64,000 nt of DNA from an uncultured Gemmatimonadales bacterium. Lineage in GTDB: Bacteria > Gemmatimonadota > Gemmatimonadetes > Gemmatimonadales > GWC2-71-9. A program made the translations under genes and the position numbers. Each line of letters starts with the position of its first letter. Within the stretch, counting starts at the first letter, position 1. The DNA lies in the NCBI GenBank assembly GCA_963730185.1, contig CAVSQW010000015.1, forward strand, positions 224,001 to 288,000, read 5' to 3'. The notes below the pieces were generated by a model, which saw only the letters and a list, made by a program, of their open reading frames with translations, did not search any database and had not been told where the DNA came from. Shown here piece by piece: positions 20,112 through 29,935 of the stretch.

Positions 20112-22523
20112 GTGCCGGCCTTCGCTCACGTTGCGCTCCCGCTCCCCGTCGCGACCCCCTACACCTACCGGATCCCCGAGGCGCTCGGCGACCGGGTGGT
20201 TGCCGGGGCCCGGGTGGTCGTGCCCCTCCGGCGGCGCGAGCTGGTCGGGATCGTCACGGAGGTCGGGGTCGACGAGCCCGCGGTCGAGGCGCGCGACCTG
20301 CTCGCGGCGCCGGATCCCGAGCCGGCCCTGGCGGGATCGCTGCTCCGGACGGCAGAGTGGATGGCAGGCTACTACGGAGCGCCGATCGGCCTCGCGCTCA
20401 AAGCGATGCTGCCCGCTCCGCTTTGGGGCGAGTCCGAAGTGAGCCTGGTGCTCCTGGAGGGCGCCGGCGGAACCGGCGGGACCGCCGGCGAGCTCGTCCG
20501 GTGGCTCGAGCGCCGGGGCGGGAGCGGGCCGATCCGGGCCGCCGAGCGGGCGCTCAAGAAGCCGCTCTGGCAGGCCGCCGATCGGCTGGCGCGAGTCGGT
20601 GCCCTGCGGCTCGAGACCCGGCCGGCCGAGACCCGGGCCGGGCAAGCGGTGCAGCGCGCGCTGGAGCTTGCCGGACCCGCTCTGGGCCTCCTCGAGCGGG
20701 AAGAGCGGTTCGGTCGGGCACCAGCTCAGCGCCGGCTCTACGAGGCGCTCGAACAGGCCAACGGACCGGTGCCCGTCGCCGAGATCCGGACTCGGCTCGG
20801 GCAGAGCACCTCGGTCGCCACGGCGCTGGTCCGGGCCGGGCTGGCCCGGGTCGTCGAGCTCGAGCGGCTCCGCGACCCGTTCGCCGACCTGGCCGGCTCG
20901 GTGCCGCCACCCGATCTGACGCCGGCGCAGCGCGACGCGCTCACCGCGATCGACGCCATTCCGCCCGGACAGGGCGGGCTGGTGTTCGGCGTCACCGGCA
21001 GCGGCAAGACCCTCGTGTACCTCGAGGCAATTCGGCGGGCCCTCGAAGGTGGAGCCGGGGCCATCGTGCTGGTGCCGGAGATCGGCCTCACGCCTCAGAC
21101 GGTGAGCCGGGTGCGCGGGATGTTCGGCGATCAGGTCGCCGTGCTCCACAGCGCGCTTTCCGACGGGGAGCGGGCCGACGCCTGGCGCGCGCTCCGCCGG
21201 GGCGACCGGCGGGTGGCCGTCGGGCCCCGATCCGCGGTGTTCGCCCCGGTGAGCCCCCTCGGGTTCATCGTGGTCGACGAGGAGCACGAGGGGACCTACA
21301 AGAACGGCGAAGCGCCCCGTTACCATGCCCGCGACGTGGCCCGGGTGCGCTGTCGCCTGGAGGGTGCCCGCCTCCTCCTCGGCAGCGCCACGCCGTCGCT
21401 CGAAACCGCGGTCGAGGTGCCGGAACGGCTGGCCCTCGTCCGGCTGCCCGAGCGGGTCGGACAGCGGCCGCTCCCACCGGTCGACCTGATCGACCTCAAG
21501 ACCGCGCCCCGAGTGGCCGGGGTGGGAGGCGTGCCTTGGACCGAGGCGCTCGACGAGGCGCTCCGGCGCACCGTCGCCCGGGGCGAGCAGGCCCTGCTGC
21601 TCCTCAACCGGCGCGGCTACTCCGCCTTCCTGTATTGTCCCTCCTGCGGGCAGGTCCGGACCTGCCCCCGGTGCAGCATTTCGCTCACGCTCCACCGGAG
21701 CCCGCTGCTGCTTCGGTGCCACTACTGCGGCCATCACGAAGGCGCCGAAGGGGCCTGCCCGTCGTGTCAGCATCCCTTGAGCCGGGCCCGGGGGGTCGGC
21801 ACCCAGCAGGTGGAACAGGTCGTCGCCGAGCGGGTGCCGGGTGTCCGGATCGCGCGGATGGATCTCGATACCACCAGCACCAAGTGGTCGCATCACCGGA
21901 TCCTGGACCGGGTGGCCCGGGGCGACGTGGATGTGCTGGTCGGCACCCAGATGGTGGCCAAGGGCATCGATTTCCCGAACGTGACCCTGGTGGGGGTGGT
22001 CGACGCCGACACCGGGCTCCATCTCCCCGACTTCCGCGCGGCCGAGCGGACCTTTCAGCTGATCACCCAGGTGGCGGGCCGGGCCGGGCGGGGCGACAAA
22101 GGCGGCCGGGTGCTGGTCCAGACCCGGAGTCCCGAGCACCCGGCGCTCCGGCTGGCCGCGCGGCACGACACCGAGGGTTTCTGGGCGGCCGAGCTCGCGG
22201 GCCGGGCGGAGCCGCCCTATCCGCCGACCACCTCCCTGGTCAACGTGCTGGTATCGGGATCGTCCGAGCTGGTGGTGACCCGGGCGGCCACCCGAACGGC
22301 GGACTGGCTGAGTCGGCTGATCGACAGCCAGGGTCTCCCCGTGCTCCTGCTCGGTCCCGCCCCTTGTCCGGTGGCCAAGGTCAAGGACCGCTGGCGGTGG
22401 CACGTGGTCCTGAAGGGTCCGAGCGAGTCGCTGGGCCGGATCGTCCGCTACGCGGCGACCCGACTGGCGGGAGCGGGCTCGGTCCGGATTGCCCTGGACC
22501 GGGACCCGGTGTCCCTACTCTGA
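20112..22523 (+). CDS. priA: Primosomal protein N'
   Basis: GVTGSGKT, VPEIGLTPQ, DEEH, LNRRGY, four CxxC pairs, QVAGRAGR. Confidence 0.97.
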   Translation: MPAFAHVALPLPVATPYTYRIPEALGDRVVAGARVVVPLRRRELVGIVTEVGVDEPAVEARDLLAAPDPEPALAGSLLRTAEWMAGYYGAPIGLALKAMLPAPLWGESEVSLVLLEGAGGTGGTAGELVRWLERRGGSGPIRAAERALKKPLWQAADRLARVGALRLETRPAETRAGQAVQRALELAGPALGLLEREERFGRAPAQRRLYEALEQANGPVPVAEIRTRLGQSTSVATALVRAGLARVVELERLRDPFADLAGSVPPPDLTPAQRDALTAIDAIPPGQGGLVFGVTGSGKTLVYLEAIRRALEGGAGAIVLVPEIGLTPQTVSRVRGMFGDQVAVLHSALSDGERADAWRALRRGDRRVAVGPRSAVFAPVSPLGFIVVDEEHEGTYKNGEAPRYHARDVARVRCRLEGARLLLGSATPSLETAVEVPERLALVRLPERVGQRPLPPVDLIDLKTAPRVAGVGGVPWTEALDEALRRTVARGEQALLLLNRRGYSAFLYCPSCGQVRTCPRCSISLTLHRSPLLLRCHYCGHHEGAEGACPSCQHPLSRARGVGTQQVEQVVAERVPGVRIARMDLDTTSTKWSHHRILDRVARGDVDVLVGTQMVAKGIDFPNVTLVGVVDADTGLHLPDFRAAERTFQLITQVAGRAGRGDKGGRVLVQTRSPEHPALRLAARHDTEGFWAAELAGRAEPPYPPTTSLVNVLVSGSSELVVTRAATRTADWLSRLIDSQGLPVLLLGPAPCPVAKVKDRWRWHVVLKGPSESLGRIVRYAATRLAGAGSVRIALDRDPVSLL

Positions 22524-24626
22524 CCCCCGCCAATCGAACGACGCGCCGACCGTGAAGGTCCGGCCCGGCGCCGGCTCGAACACCCGCCCGCCGAAGCCGT
22601 TCACGTTGACCGACCCGACGTAGCGGCGGTCGAAGAGGTTGGTCACCGCCGCGAAGGGAGAGAACGTAACCCGCCCACCCGGCCCGCCCAGCGGGAAGCC
22701 GGTGGCCACCCGCGCGGTCGTGACGCCCGCGCCCCAGCCCGGCACCGTGATCGTGTTGAGGTCGTTGGCCGCCTGGTCGGACACCACCCGCTGCTCCAGC
22801 TCGATCCGGACCGGCCCGCGGGTGGCCTCGAGCGTGACCTGCGCCAGATGGCGGGGGATGCCCGGCACCCGATTCCCGTCGAGGGTGTCGGTGGTGGCCC
22901 CGTTCCGGATCCGATAGCGGCGAAAGGTGCTGGCCGAGTAGGTGTAGGCCACCCGGGCGCGGAGCCACCGGGTGGCCTGGGCGTCGAGCCCGACCTCGAG
23001 CCCCCGGTGCCGGAGCCGGCCCGCGTTCTCGAAGTAGGCCCGCCCATCCTGCTCCTCGGCCTGGACGATCGCGTTCCGGATCGAGGTGGTGTAGAGCGCC
23101 AGGTCGATGCCCACTCGCCCCACCCGGCGGAACCCGAGCTCGGCGGTGGTGGCGCGCTGGGGACCGAGGCTCGAATTGAAACCGATCACCCCGGCGCCCT
23201 GGTTCGCGAACTCGGTCGTGGTCGGGGTCTCGAAGGCCGAGGAGAGGTTGGCGTAGACGCTCCAGGCGTTGCGGGTCAGGCTGGCCCCGAGCGCGCCGCT
23301 CAGCGCATCCATGGTTCGGCTGCCGGTCTGGTCGATGCCGTCTCCCAGGTAGTGGTCCCCCACGGCGAACGTCAATCGGTCGTAGCGGACGGCCGCGGTG
23401 ACGGTGAGCGGGTCGGCCGGGGTCAGGTGAAGGGTGACGAACGGACCGACCTCGGTCACGGTCTCCCGCTGGTCGGCGAACACCTGGTCCGTCCGGGCGC
23501 CGCTGTCGGAGCGGGTGTTGAGACGATCGTCCCGCATCCGCTGGAGGTCGAGGCCGGCGCCCAGCCGGGCGCCCCAGGCCTTCAGGGGTCGCTCAGCGAA
23601 GAGCCGAGCCCCTCCGACCACCCGACCGATCGACGAAAAGGTCCCAACCGTCGGACCGCCCCCGCCTGGCGGGGTCGACGCGAGCGGGTTGTCGAGGTTC
23701 CGGAGCACCCCGAAGACCGTCGCCTCGACTCGTCCGCCGTGGGCATCCGCGTGGCTGAGGGTGAGGCCGAGCTGGTGCTGGGTCACCCGCTTGTCGGCGT
23801 CCCGGAGCAGGTTGTTGGGCGCCGAGGCGTCCGGTCTGGACGCGTATTCCGTCGCGGTGAGGGCTCCGGGGTTCTCGGCCCGCGGGTTGGAGGCCAGGAA
23901 GTAGCGGGCCCGGGCCAGCCAGGTCGGCGAGATGACCACGTCGCCCGCGAGGCTGAGCTGGCGGGAGAGGCTCCGGCTGTGCTGCCGGAAGCCGTCGGAG
24001 CGGAACTGGGTGGCCGTGACCTGCCCCCGGACCCGGCCCCGGCTGCCACCGGCCGTCAGGCTGGCCCGGGTGGTGCCGAAGGTGCCCCCGCCCACCCGCA
24101 GGTTGGCCATCGACCGCTCGGTCGGGAGGCCGGTGGTGAAGGCGATGACCCCGCCGCTGGCGTTGCCGTAGAGGGCCGACGAAGAGCCCCGGAGCACTTC
24201 CACCCGCTGGACGGTGCCGAGATCCAGGTTGCTCAGCTGGCTCTGGCCGTCCGGCAGGGTCTGGGGAATCCCATCGATCAGGATCTTGAGACCGCGAACC
24301 CCGAAGGTGGCCCGGCTCCCGGCGCCGCGGATCACCAGGCGGTCGTCGAGCGAGGGGTTGGAGCGGTCGGCGACGAATAGGCCCGGAATCCGGCCCAGCG
24401 ACTCCTCGGGCCCCGCCAGCAGGCGGCCGCTTCGGAGGTCGGCGGTATCGAGCACCCCGACGGCCGCCGGCACCCGGAGCCGGTTCTCGTCCGAGCGGGT
24501 GACCTCGACGTCGAGGGTCTGGAGCCGGACGGTGTCCCGGTGAATCGCGCTGTCGGGTCGGGTCGGGGCCTGGAGAAGGGCACCGGTGAGGGCGGCGGGC
24601 AGTGCGGCGACAAGCACGAGAAGCAT
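22515..24626 (-). CDS. TonB-dependent receptor, YncD/PqqU-like
   Basis: Signal peptide; FGVRGLKILIDGIPQTLPDGQSQ plug; SSALYGNASGGVI; NLFDRRY...FEPAPGR. Confidence 0.9.
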   Translation of the reverse strand: MLLVLVAALPAALTGALLQAPTRPDSAIHRDTVRLQTLDVEVTRSDENRLRVPAAVGVLDTADLRSGRLLAGPEESLGRIPGLFVADRSNPSLDDRLVIRGAGSRATFGVRGLKILIDGIPQTLPDGQSQLSNLDLGTVQRVEVLRGSSSALYGNASGGVIAFTTGLPTERSMANLRVGGGTFGTTRASLTAGGSRGRVRGQVTATQFRSDGFRQHSRSLSRQLSLAGDVVISPTWLARARYFLASNPRAENPGALTATEYASRPDASAPNNLLRDADKRVTQHQLGLTLSHADAHGGRVEATVFGVLRNLDNPLASTPPGGGGPTVGTFSSIGRVVGGARLFAERPLKAWGARLGAGLDLQRMRDDRLNTRSDSGARTDQVFADQRETVTEVGPFVTLHLTPADPLTVTAAVRYDRLTFAVGDHYLGDGIDQTGSRTMDALSGALGASLTRNAWSVYANLSSAFETPTTTEFANQGAGVIGFNSSLGPQRATTAELGFRRVGRVGIDLALYTTSIRNAIVQAEEQDGRAYFENAGRLRHRGLEVGLDAQATRWLRARVAYTYSASTFRRYRIRNGATTDTLDGNRVPGIPRHLAQVTLEATRGPVRIELEQRVVSDQAANDLNTITVPGWGAGVTTARVATGFPLGGPGGRVTFSPFAAVTNLFDRRYVGSVNVNGFGGRVFEPAPGRTFTVGASFDWRGSE

Positions 24627-24644
24627 GGGTCAACAATACTCTGC

Positions 24645-24674
24645 TTGAAAGGGCCTCGGGGACGCGCCTACTAT
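24645..24674 (+). promoter_or_regulatory. Putative sigma70 promoter
   Basis: TTGAAA-N18-TACTAT just upstream of ATG 24686. Confidence 0.45.
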
Positions 24675-24685
24675 TATGGCTTGCC

Positions 24686-25763
24686 ATGTCCCTGAGCCCA
24701 CCCGACTTTGCCCGCCCGCCCTTTGCCGGGGCGCCGCCGGCCCGGTTCCAGCCGGCGCCGGCCGACGGCGTGCTACCCGAGAATTTCTTCTGCACCTCCA
24801 ACCTCCCGACCTTCGTGAACGTCGAGGGCTCGTGGCGGATGGCCACCCGAGCCCGGATGGACGGCGTGATCGTGTGCCGGGGCGACGAGGTGGTCACCGT
24901 GGAGCCACGGCTGGTCAAGCGGGGCGAGCCCGTGGCGGTCGGGCTGGCCGAGGACGGCAGCGAGGGCATCGTGGTACACGTCGACGGGTTTCTGGGGACC
25001 GCCGCGAGCCCCAACGAGTTTCGGTTCATGTCGGCCGGAGGTGAGCCGGGAGCGGCCGATGAACTACGAGGAGCTGGCCGAGCGGCTGATCGACGAGCGG
25101 ACCCGGAAGGGGTACCTCATCTGGGTGGTCGGACCCGCCCTGGTGCACGCCCGGGCCCGGACCGATCTGGAGTGGTTCATCGCCCAGGGATTCGTCCAGG
25201 CCATGCTGGTCGGGAACGCGGTGGCGGTGCACGACATCGAGGCCGCGATCTACGGGACCACGCTCGGGATGACCAACGCCGGCCAGGCGGCCGAGCGGGG
25301 GCACGGGCTCCACATGCGGGCCATCAACGCGGTCCGGGCGGCCGGGTCGATCGAGGCCGCTGTGCGGTCCGGGCTGATCACCAGCGGGATCATGCACGAG
25401 CTCGTCGGCCGAAACATCCCCTACGTCCTCGCCGGCTCGATTCGGGACGACGGGCCGCTCCCTGGGGTGATCACCGACGTGGTCGCGGCCCAGGACGCCA
25501 TGCGGGAGCACACGATCCAGGCCACGGGCGCCATCTTCGTCGCCACCGCGCTGCATGCCATCGCCGTCGGGAACATGCTGCCGGCATTCCATACCCATCG
25601 GGGGACGCTCGAGCCCCTGATGACGATCTGCGTCGATCAGACCGAATTCGTCGTCACCAAGCTCAAGGACCGGGGGACGCACCAGGCCTACGGAGTGGTG
25701 ACCAACGCGCAGGATTTCATGCACGTCCTTCGATTCTACGTGGAACGATGCCTCCAGTCATGA
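24686..25763 (+). CDS. TIGR00300/LOR-SDH-related protein (ornithine cyclodeaminase-like; apparent indel near 25035)
   Basis: APADGVLPENF..TSN.PT, F.FMS..VSRERP, GNAVAVHDIE, LAGSIRDDGPLP, LHAIAVGNMLP, KLKDRG. Confidence 0.82.
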
Positions 25764-26143
25764 CCCCTCAGGGCCCCGGCGTGGGCGGCGGCTGGACCCG
25801 CCTGGCGGTAGCCGTCCGGGCGGAGCTGCCGGTCGAGGAGGTGGATGGGATCTGGGTGTTTCGCACCATCCGGCGCGAAGCCCGCGATTGGGGCACCGCC
25901 GTCCTTTCCCGGGTCGAGGGTGATCGGCGCCGGATCTACACCGCCCGTTTCGCGCTGACCGTCAAGGGCAAGACCCGGGGCCAGTTCGAGTCCGACCTGA
26001 AGGAGGTGGGGAGCGGACCGCTCGAGGCACTCGACGAGCTGCTCGCGCTGGTGCCCAAGCGGGCCGACGAAGAGGAGCCGCCCACCCGCATTCCGGTCGA
26101 GACGTGGTTCCCCCCCGAGGAGGAGTCGGTTGGCGAGGGATGA
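25760..26143 (+). CDS. Hypothetical protein
   Basis: ATGA overlap with upstream gene; coding-like bias. Confidence 0.75.
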   Translation: MTPQGPGVGGGWTRLAVAVRAELPVEEVDGIWVFRTIRREARDWGTAVLSRVEGDRRRIYTARFALTVKGKTRGQFESDLKEVGSGPLEALDELLALVPKRADEEEPPTRIPVETWFPPEEESVGEG

Positions 26144-26606
26144 GGTGACCCTGGTCGATCGGTTCCGCCGCTATCTCCGGGACCGTCGGCTGCCGGTGAC
26201 CCGTCAGCGCGTCGCCGTGGCGGAGGTTCTGTTCGCGAGCGAGGATCATCCGTCGGTGGAGCTCTTGCGACGTCGCTTGGTGGAGCAGGGAACCCACGTG
26301 GGGATGGCGACCCTCTACCGGACCGTCGACGCTCTGGTCCGGAGCGGCCTGGCCCGGGAGCACGATTTCGGTGAGGGCTTCAAACGCTACGAGGCCGTGC
26401 GGGAGAAGGCGGAGCACGCCCATCTGGTCTGCCGGAAGTGCGCCGGGGTCACTGAGTTCAGCAACGACCGACTGGAGCGGATGCTGCGGATGACGGCCGA
26501 CGAGCACCACTTTCACTACGAGCGGCATCGGGTCGAGATCCACGGCATCTGTGCCGAGTGCCGAGCCCGTGAGCTGGGTGGCCTGCCCCGGGAGTCCCGC
26601 GCGTGA
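26130..26606 (+). CDS. Fur family transcriptional regulator
   Basis: TRQR, DHPS, ATLYRT, HAHLVCRKC, GICAEC. Confidence 0.93.
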   Translation: MARDEVTLVDRFRRYLRDRRLPVTRQRVAVAEVLFASEDHPSVELLRRRLVEQGTHVGMATLYRTVDALVRSGLAREHDFGEGFKRYEAVREKAEHAHLVCRKCAGVTEFSNDRLERMLRMTADEHHFHYERHRVEIHGICAECRARELGGLPRESRA

Positions 26607-27334
26607 ACGAGGGAAGCGTGGTTCTCGGTCCCGCCATCGCCTTCCTCGGCGGCCTGCTCAGCTTTCTCTCGCCTTGCGTGCTGCCCCTGGTGCCGTCGTA
26701 TCTGGGGTTCATCACCGGGTTTACGGTGGAGGAGATGGGGAACCGCCGCCGCCTGGCGATGGTGCACGCCCTGCTCTTCGTGATCGGCTTCTCCCTGGTC
26801 TTCATTCTGCTCGGCGCCAGCGCGACCGCGTTGGGGACCGCCCTCAGGGTCTACAAAGACTGGATCGAGCGGATCGGCGGGCTCCTGATCATCGCGTTCG
26901 GGCTCTACTGCCTCGGGGTGCTCCGGCTGGGCTTCCTGGGTCAGGAAAAGCGGATGCATCTGGAGCGGAAGCCGGTCGGGTACCTGGGCTCCGTGCTGGT
27001 CGGAATGGCCTTCGCCGCCGGCTGGAGCCCCTGCATCGGTCCGATCCTCGGCGGCATCCTGAGCCTGGCCGCGACGGAGGCCGATCTCCGCCGGGGCTTG
27101 GTCCTGCTCCTGGCCTATTCGGCCGGCCTGGCGGTGCCGTTTCTGGTGGCCGCCTGGGCGGTCGAATCCTTCCTGGACTGGTTCCAGAAGTTCCGCCGGT
27201 ACCTGGGCGTGGTGCAGCGGGTCAGCGGTCTCCTGCTGGTGGTGGTCGGGCTCTTGATCGTCACCGGGCAGTTCGCCCGGCTCGCGTCCTGGCTCCAGAC
27301 GCTCACTCCTGAGGTGCTGCGTCGCTGGCTGTGA
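26603..27334 (+). CDS. ccdA: CcdA/DsbD-type transmembrane electron transporter
   Basis: SFLSPCVLPLVP and GWSPCIGP. Confidence 0.9.
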   Translation: MNEGSVVLGPAIAFLGGLLSFLSPCVLPLVPSYLGFITGFTVEEMGNRRRLAMVHALLFVIGFSLVFILLGASATALGTALRVYKDWIERIGGLLIIAFGLYCLGVLRLGFLGQEKRMHLERKPVGYLGSVLVGMAFAAGWSPCIGPILGGILSLAATEADLRRGLVLLLAYSAGLAVPFLVAAWAVESFLDWFQKFRRYLGVVQRVSGLLLVVVGLLIVTGQFARLASWLQTLTPEVLRRWL

Positions 27335-29078
27335 GGCGGTCCAGCTCCTCCTCGAGAAGCTGCCGCCGCACCAGCTCGGCAAACCGTTCTTGCCGCCGGA
27401 GCAGCGTGTCGTAGGTGCCGCGCTCCACCACCGCCCCACGTTCCAGCACCAGGATCTCGTGAGCCTCCCGGACCGCCGCCGCCCGGTGTGACACCACGAT
27501 CACCGTCTTGCCGATCAGCGCTCCCCGAAGCTCATGGAGGATCCGGGCTTCGGTTTGCGAGTCCACCGCCGAGAGGGCGTCGTCGAGCGCCACGATCGGC
27601 GGATCCTTCGCCAGGGCCCGGGCGATCGCGGCTCGTTGCTTCTGCCCGCCCGAGAGATTGATCCCGCGTTCCCCCAGCATGGTGTCGAATCCCAGGGGGA
27701 GGTCCGGGAGGGCGTCGGTCAGCCGGGCGGTTGCCGCCACCCGGTCCAGCCGCCCGTCGTCGGGCGCGCCGAGCAGGACGTTGGCGCGGAGGGTGTCGCT
27801 GAAGAGAAACGTTTCCTGGGGCACGAACCCGACGGCTCGGCGGACCTCGTCGAGAGGCAGCTCGCGGAGGTCGATCCCGTCGATCAGAATCCGTCCCCGG
27901 TCGGGGTCGTAGATCCGGACCAGTAGCTCGACCAGCGTGCTCTTGCCCGCCCCGGTCGGGCCGACCACCGCCAGCGAGCCGCCGGCCGGGAGTTGGAACG
28001 AGACCCCGGCGAGGGCCCAATCCCGGTCGGCGGCGGCCGGATAGCGAAACCAGACGTCCTCGAAGGTGACGGCCCGGGCGGTGCGGCCCGGGTCGAGATG
28101 GCGAGGCACGGCGGGCGAGCCGATCGAGGCCGGCGCGCGGAAGACCTCGTTGATCCTCCCCATCGCCGCCGCCCCCCGAAGGACCAGGTTGATCGCCCAG
28201 CCGAGAAAGATCAGGGGCCAGACCAGCATGGCGAGGAACACGAAGAAGGCGACGAACTCGCCGGGCGAGATCGTGCCGGCCAGCACCATCCGGCCCCCGA
28301 CCAGCAGGACGATCGCCGCGCTCAGCCCGCCGACCAGCGTGAGCAGCGGATCGAGCGCGGCCTGGGCCCGGGCCAGGCTCAGGTTGAGCCCCACGTAAGT
28401 CTCGTTGAGTCGTGCGAACTGCTCGGTCTCACGCGTCTCCTGATTGTACGCCCGCACCACTCGGATGCCGGACACGTTCTGGTGAACGAACTCGGTCACC
28501 CGGCCGAAATGGGTCTGGATCGCGGCCGACCGCTCGTGAATGCGGCGCCCCAGGAACCCCTCGAGGACCGGGAGCCCGAGCAGCGGGATCAGCGCCAGGC
28601 CGGTGAGCTTCGGGCTGGCGGCGAGCATGGCGGGGATCAGGACCAGGGCCCGGGTCGCCGTGTCGACGAGGTACATCACCGCCGGCCCGGCGACCATCCG
28701 GACCGCCAGGAGGTCGTTGGTGCTCCGGGCCATGAGGTCGCCGGTGGGCATCCGGTCGTAGAACGGTGCCGGGAGCCCGAGGAGCTGGCCGAAGAGGGCG
28801 TTCCGGAGGTCGTATTCGACCCGGCGGCTCACGCTGTTGAGAAGCTGGCGCATGACGAAGCGCAGGGCGCCGCCCACCGTCGCGGCAGCCACCAGGAGGA
28901 GGGCGGCGCGCCGGACGGCAGCTAGCGGATCGGGCCGCTGGAGGGCGTCGATGCCGCGCTCCAGGAACACGGGTGCCAGCGCGTTGAGCAGATTCGACCC
29001 GATGACGGCCAGAAGCCCGGCCAGGTAGACCCGGGTATATTTCTTGAGGTACGGAATCAGGGCTCGGAGTTCGGGCAT
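27303..29078 (-). CDS. ABC exporter, fused permease and ATPase
   Basis: TGDLMAR, GPTGAGKST, LSGGQKQR, LDDALSAVD. Confidence 0.95.
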   Translation of the reverse strand: MPELRALIPYLKKYTRVYLAGLLAVIGSNLLNALAPVFLERGIDALQRPDPLAAVRRAALLLVAAATVGGALRFVMRQLLNSVSRRVEYDLRNALFGQLLGLPAPFYDRMPTGDLMARSTNDLLAVRMVAGPAVMYLVDTATRALVLIPAMLAASPKLTGLALIPLLGLPVLEGFLGRRIHERSAAIQTHFGRVTEFVHQNVSGIRVVRAYNQETRETEQFARLNETYVGLNLSLARAQAALDPLLTLVGGLSAAIVLLVGGRMVLAGTISPGEFVAFFVFLAMLVWPLIFLGWAINLVLRGAAAMGRINEVFRAPASIGSPAVPRHLDPGRTARAVTFEDVWFRYPAAADRDWALAGVSFQLPAGGSLAVVGPTGAGKSTLVELLVRIYDPDRGRILIDGIDLRELPLDEVRRAVGFVPQETFLFSDTLRANVLLGAPDDGRLDRVAATARLTDALPDLPLGFDTMLGERGINLSGGQKQRAAIARALAKDPPIVALDDALSAVDSQTEARILHELRGALIGKTVIVVSHRAAAVREAHEILVLERGAVVERGTYDTLLRRQERFAELVRRQLLEEELDRLTASDAAPQE

Positions 29079-29093
29079 CAACGGGAGGATTGC

Positions 29094-29924
29094 ATGAGAG
29101 TGCTACGATTCATGGCGCCGATCGCCGCCGCGCTGGCGCTGGCCTGCGGCAAGTCGAACGGCTCCGACGTTGCATCGCAGGACTCGCTCGGCCGGGACTT
29201 GTCCCTGGCCCCCGTCGACACCAGCGCCGCGCTCCACGACGCGCCGGCCGCGGAACCGTCGACCGAGCCCGCCCCGGCCCCGGCACCCTCGCCAACGCCC
29301 GCCCGACCCACGACTCGCCCCGCGCCGGCCTCGCCGCCCGCGGCCAGTCCCGCGCCCGCCCCCGCGCCCGCCCCGGCCCCGGCGCCGCCGCCGGCTGCGG
29401 CCCATCGGAGCGTCGACGCCGGGACCGTGATCACGCTGGCCGCCATCGATTCGTTCACCACCCAGACCCACAAGCCGGGCGAGACCGTCACCGCGCGGGT
29501 TACCCAGGACGTGAAAGACGCCCAGGGTCGGACCGTCATTCCGGCCGGGGCGACCGTGTCACTCACCATCGTCCAGCTGGTGGTCTCGGAGAACAAGGCC
29601 GATTCCGGCAAGGTCGAGCTCCGGGCCACCAAGGTCTCCTTCGGGGGTGAGTCGCACGACCTCGACGGGATGTCGACCCAGGTCGGGTACGAGCTCAAGG
29701 GCCGGGGCGTCAGGGCCGGCGACGCCGCCAAGGTCGGCGCCGGCGCCGTGGCCGGCGCGGTGGTCGGCCGGGTGCTGAGCGGCAAGAAGAAAGGGGCCGT
29801 CATCGGCGGCGTGATCGGCGCGGCCGCCGGCACCGCGGCGGCGATCAACTCGGCCGATCGCGACGTGGTCGTGGCGCCCGGCGCGAAGATCGTCATCAAG
29901 TTGAGCGGCGAGTTCACCAGCTGA
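29094..29924 (+). CDS. Lipoprotein with Pro/Ala linker and glycine-zipper-like motif
   Basis: LALAC lipobox; (AP)n tract; GAGAVAGAVVG...GGVIGAAAG. Confidence 0.8.
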   Translation: MRVLRFMAPIAAALALACGKSNGSDVASQDSLGRDLSLAPVDTSAALHDAPAAEPSTEPAPAPAPSPTPARPTTRPAPASPPAASPAPAPAPAPAPAPPPAAAHRSVDAGTVITLAAIDSFTTQTHKPGETVTARVTQDVKDAQGRTVIPAGATVSLTIVQLVVSENKADSGKVELRATKVSFGGESHDLDGMSTQVGYELKGRGVRAGDAAKVGAGAVAGAVVGRVLSGKKKGAVIGGVIGAAAGTAAAINSADRDVVVAPGAKIVIKLSGEFTS

Positions 29925-29935
29925 CCCGGTAATTC

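Noticed and set aside
29260..29400. GCCCCG-type repeats as a DNA element
   Set aside because: They are explained by the (Ala-Pro)n linker of the lipoprotein.
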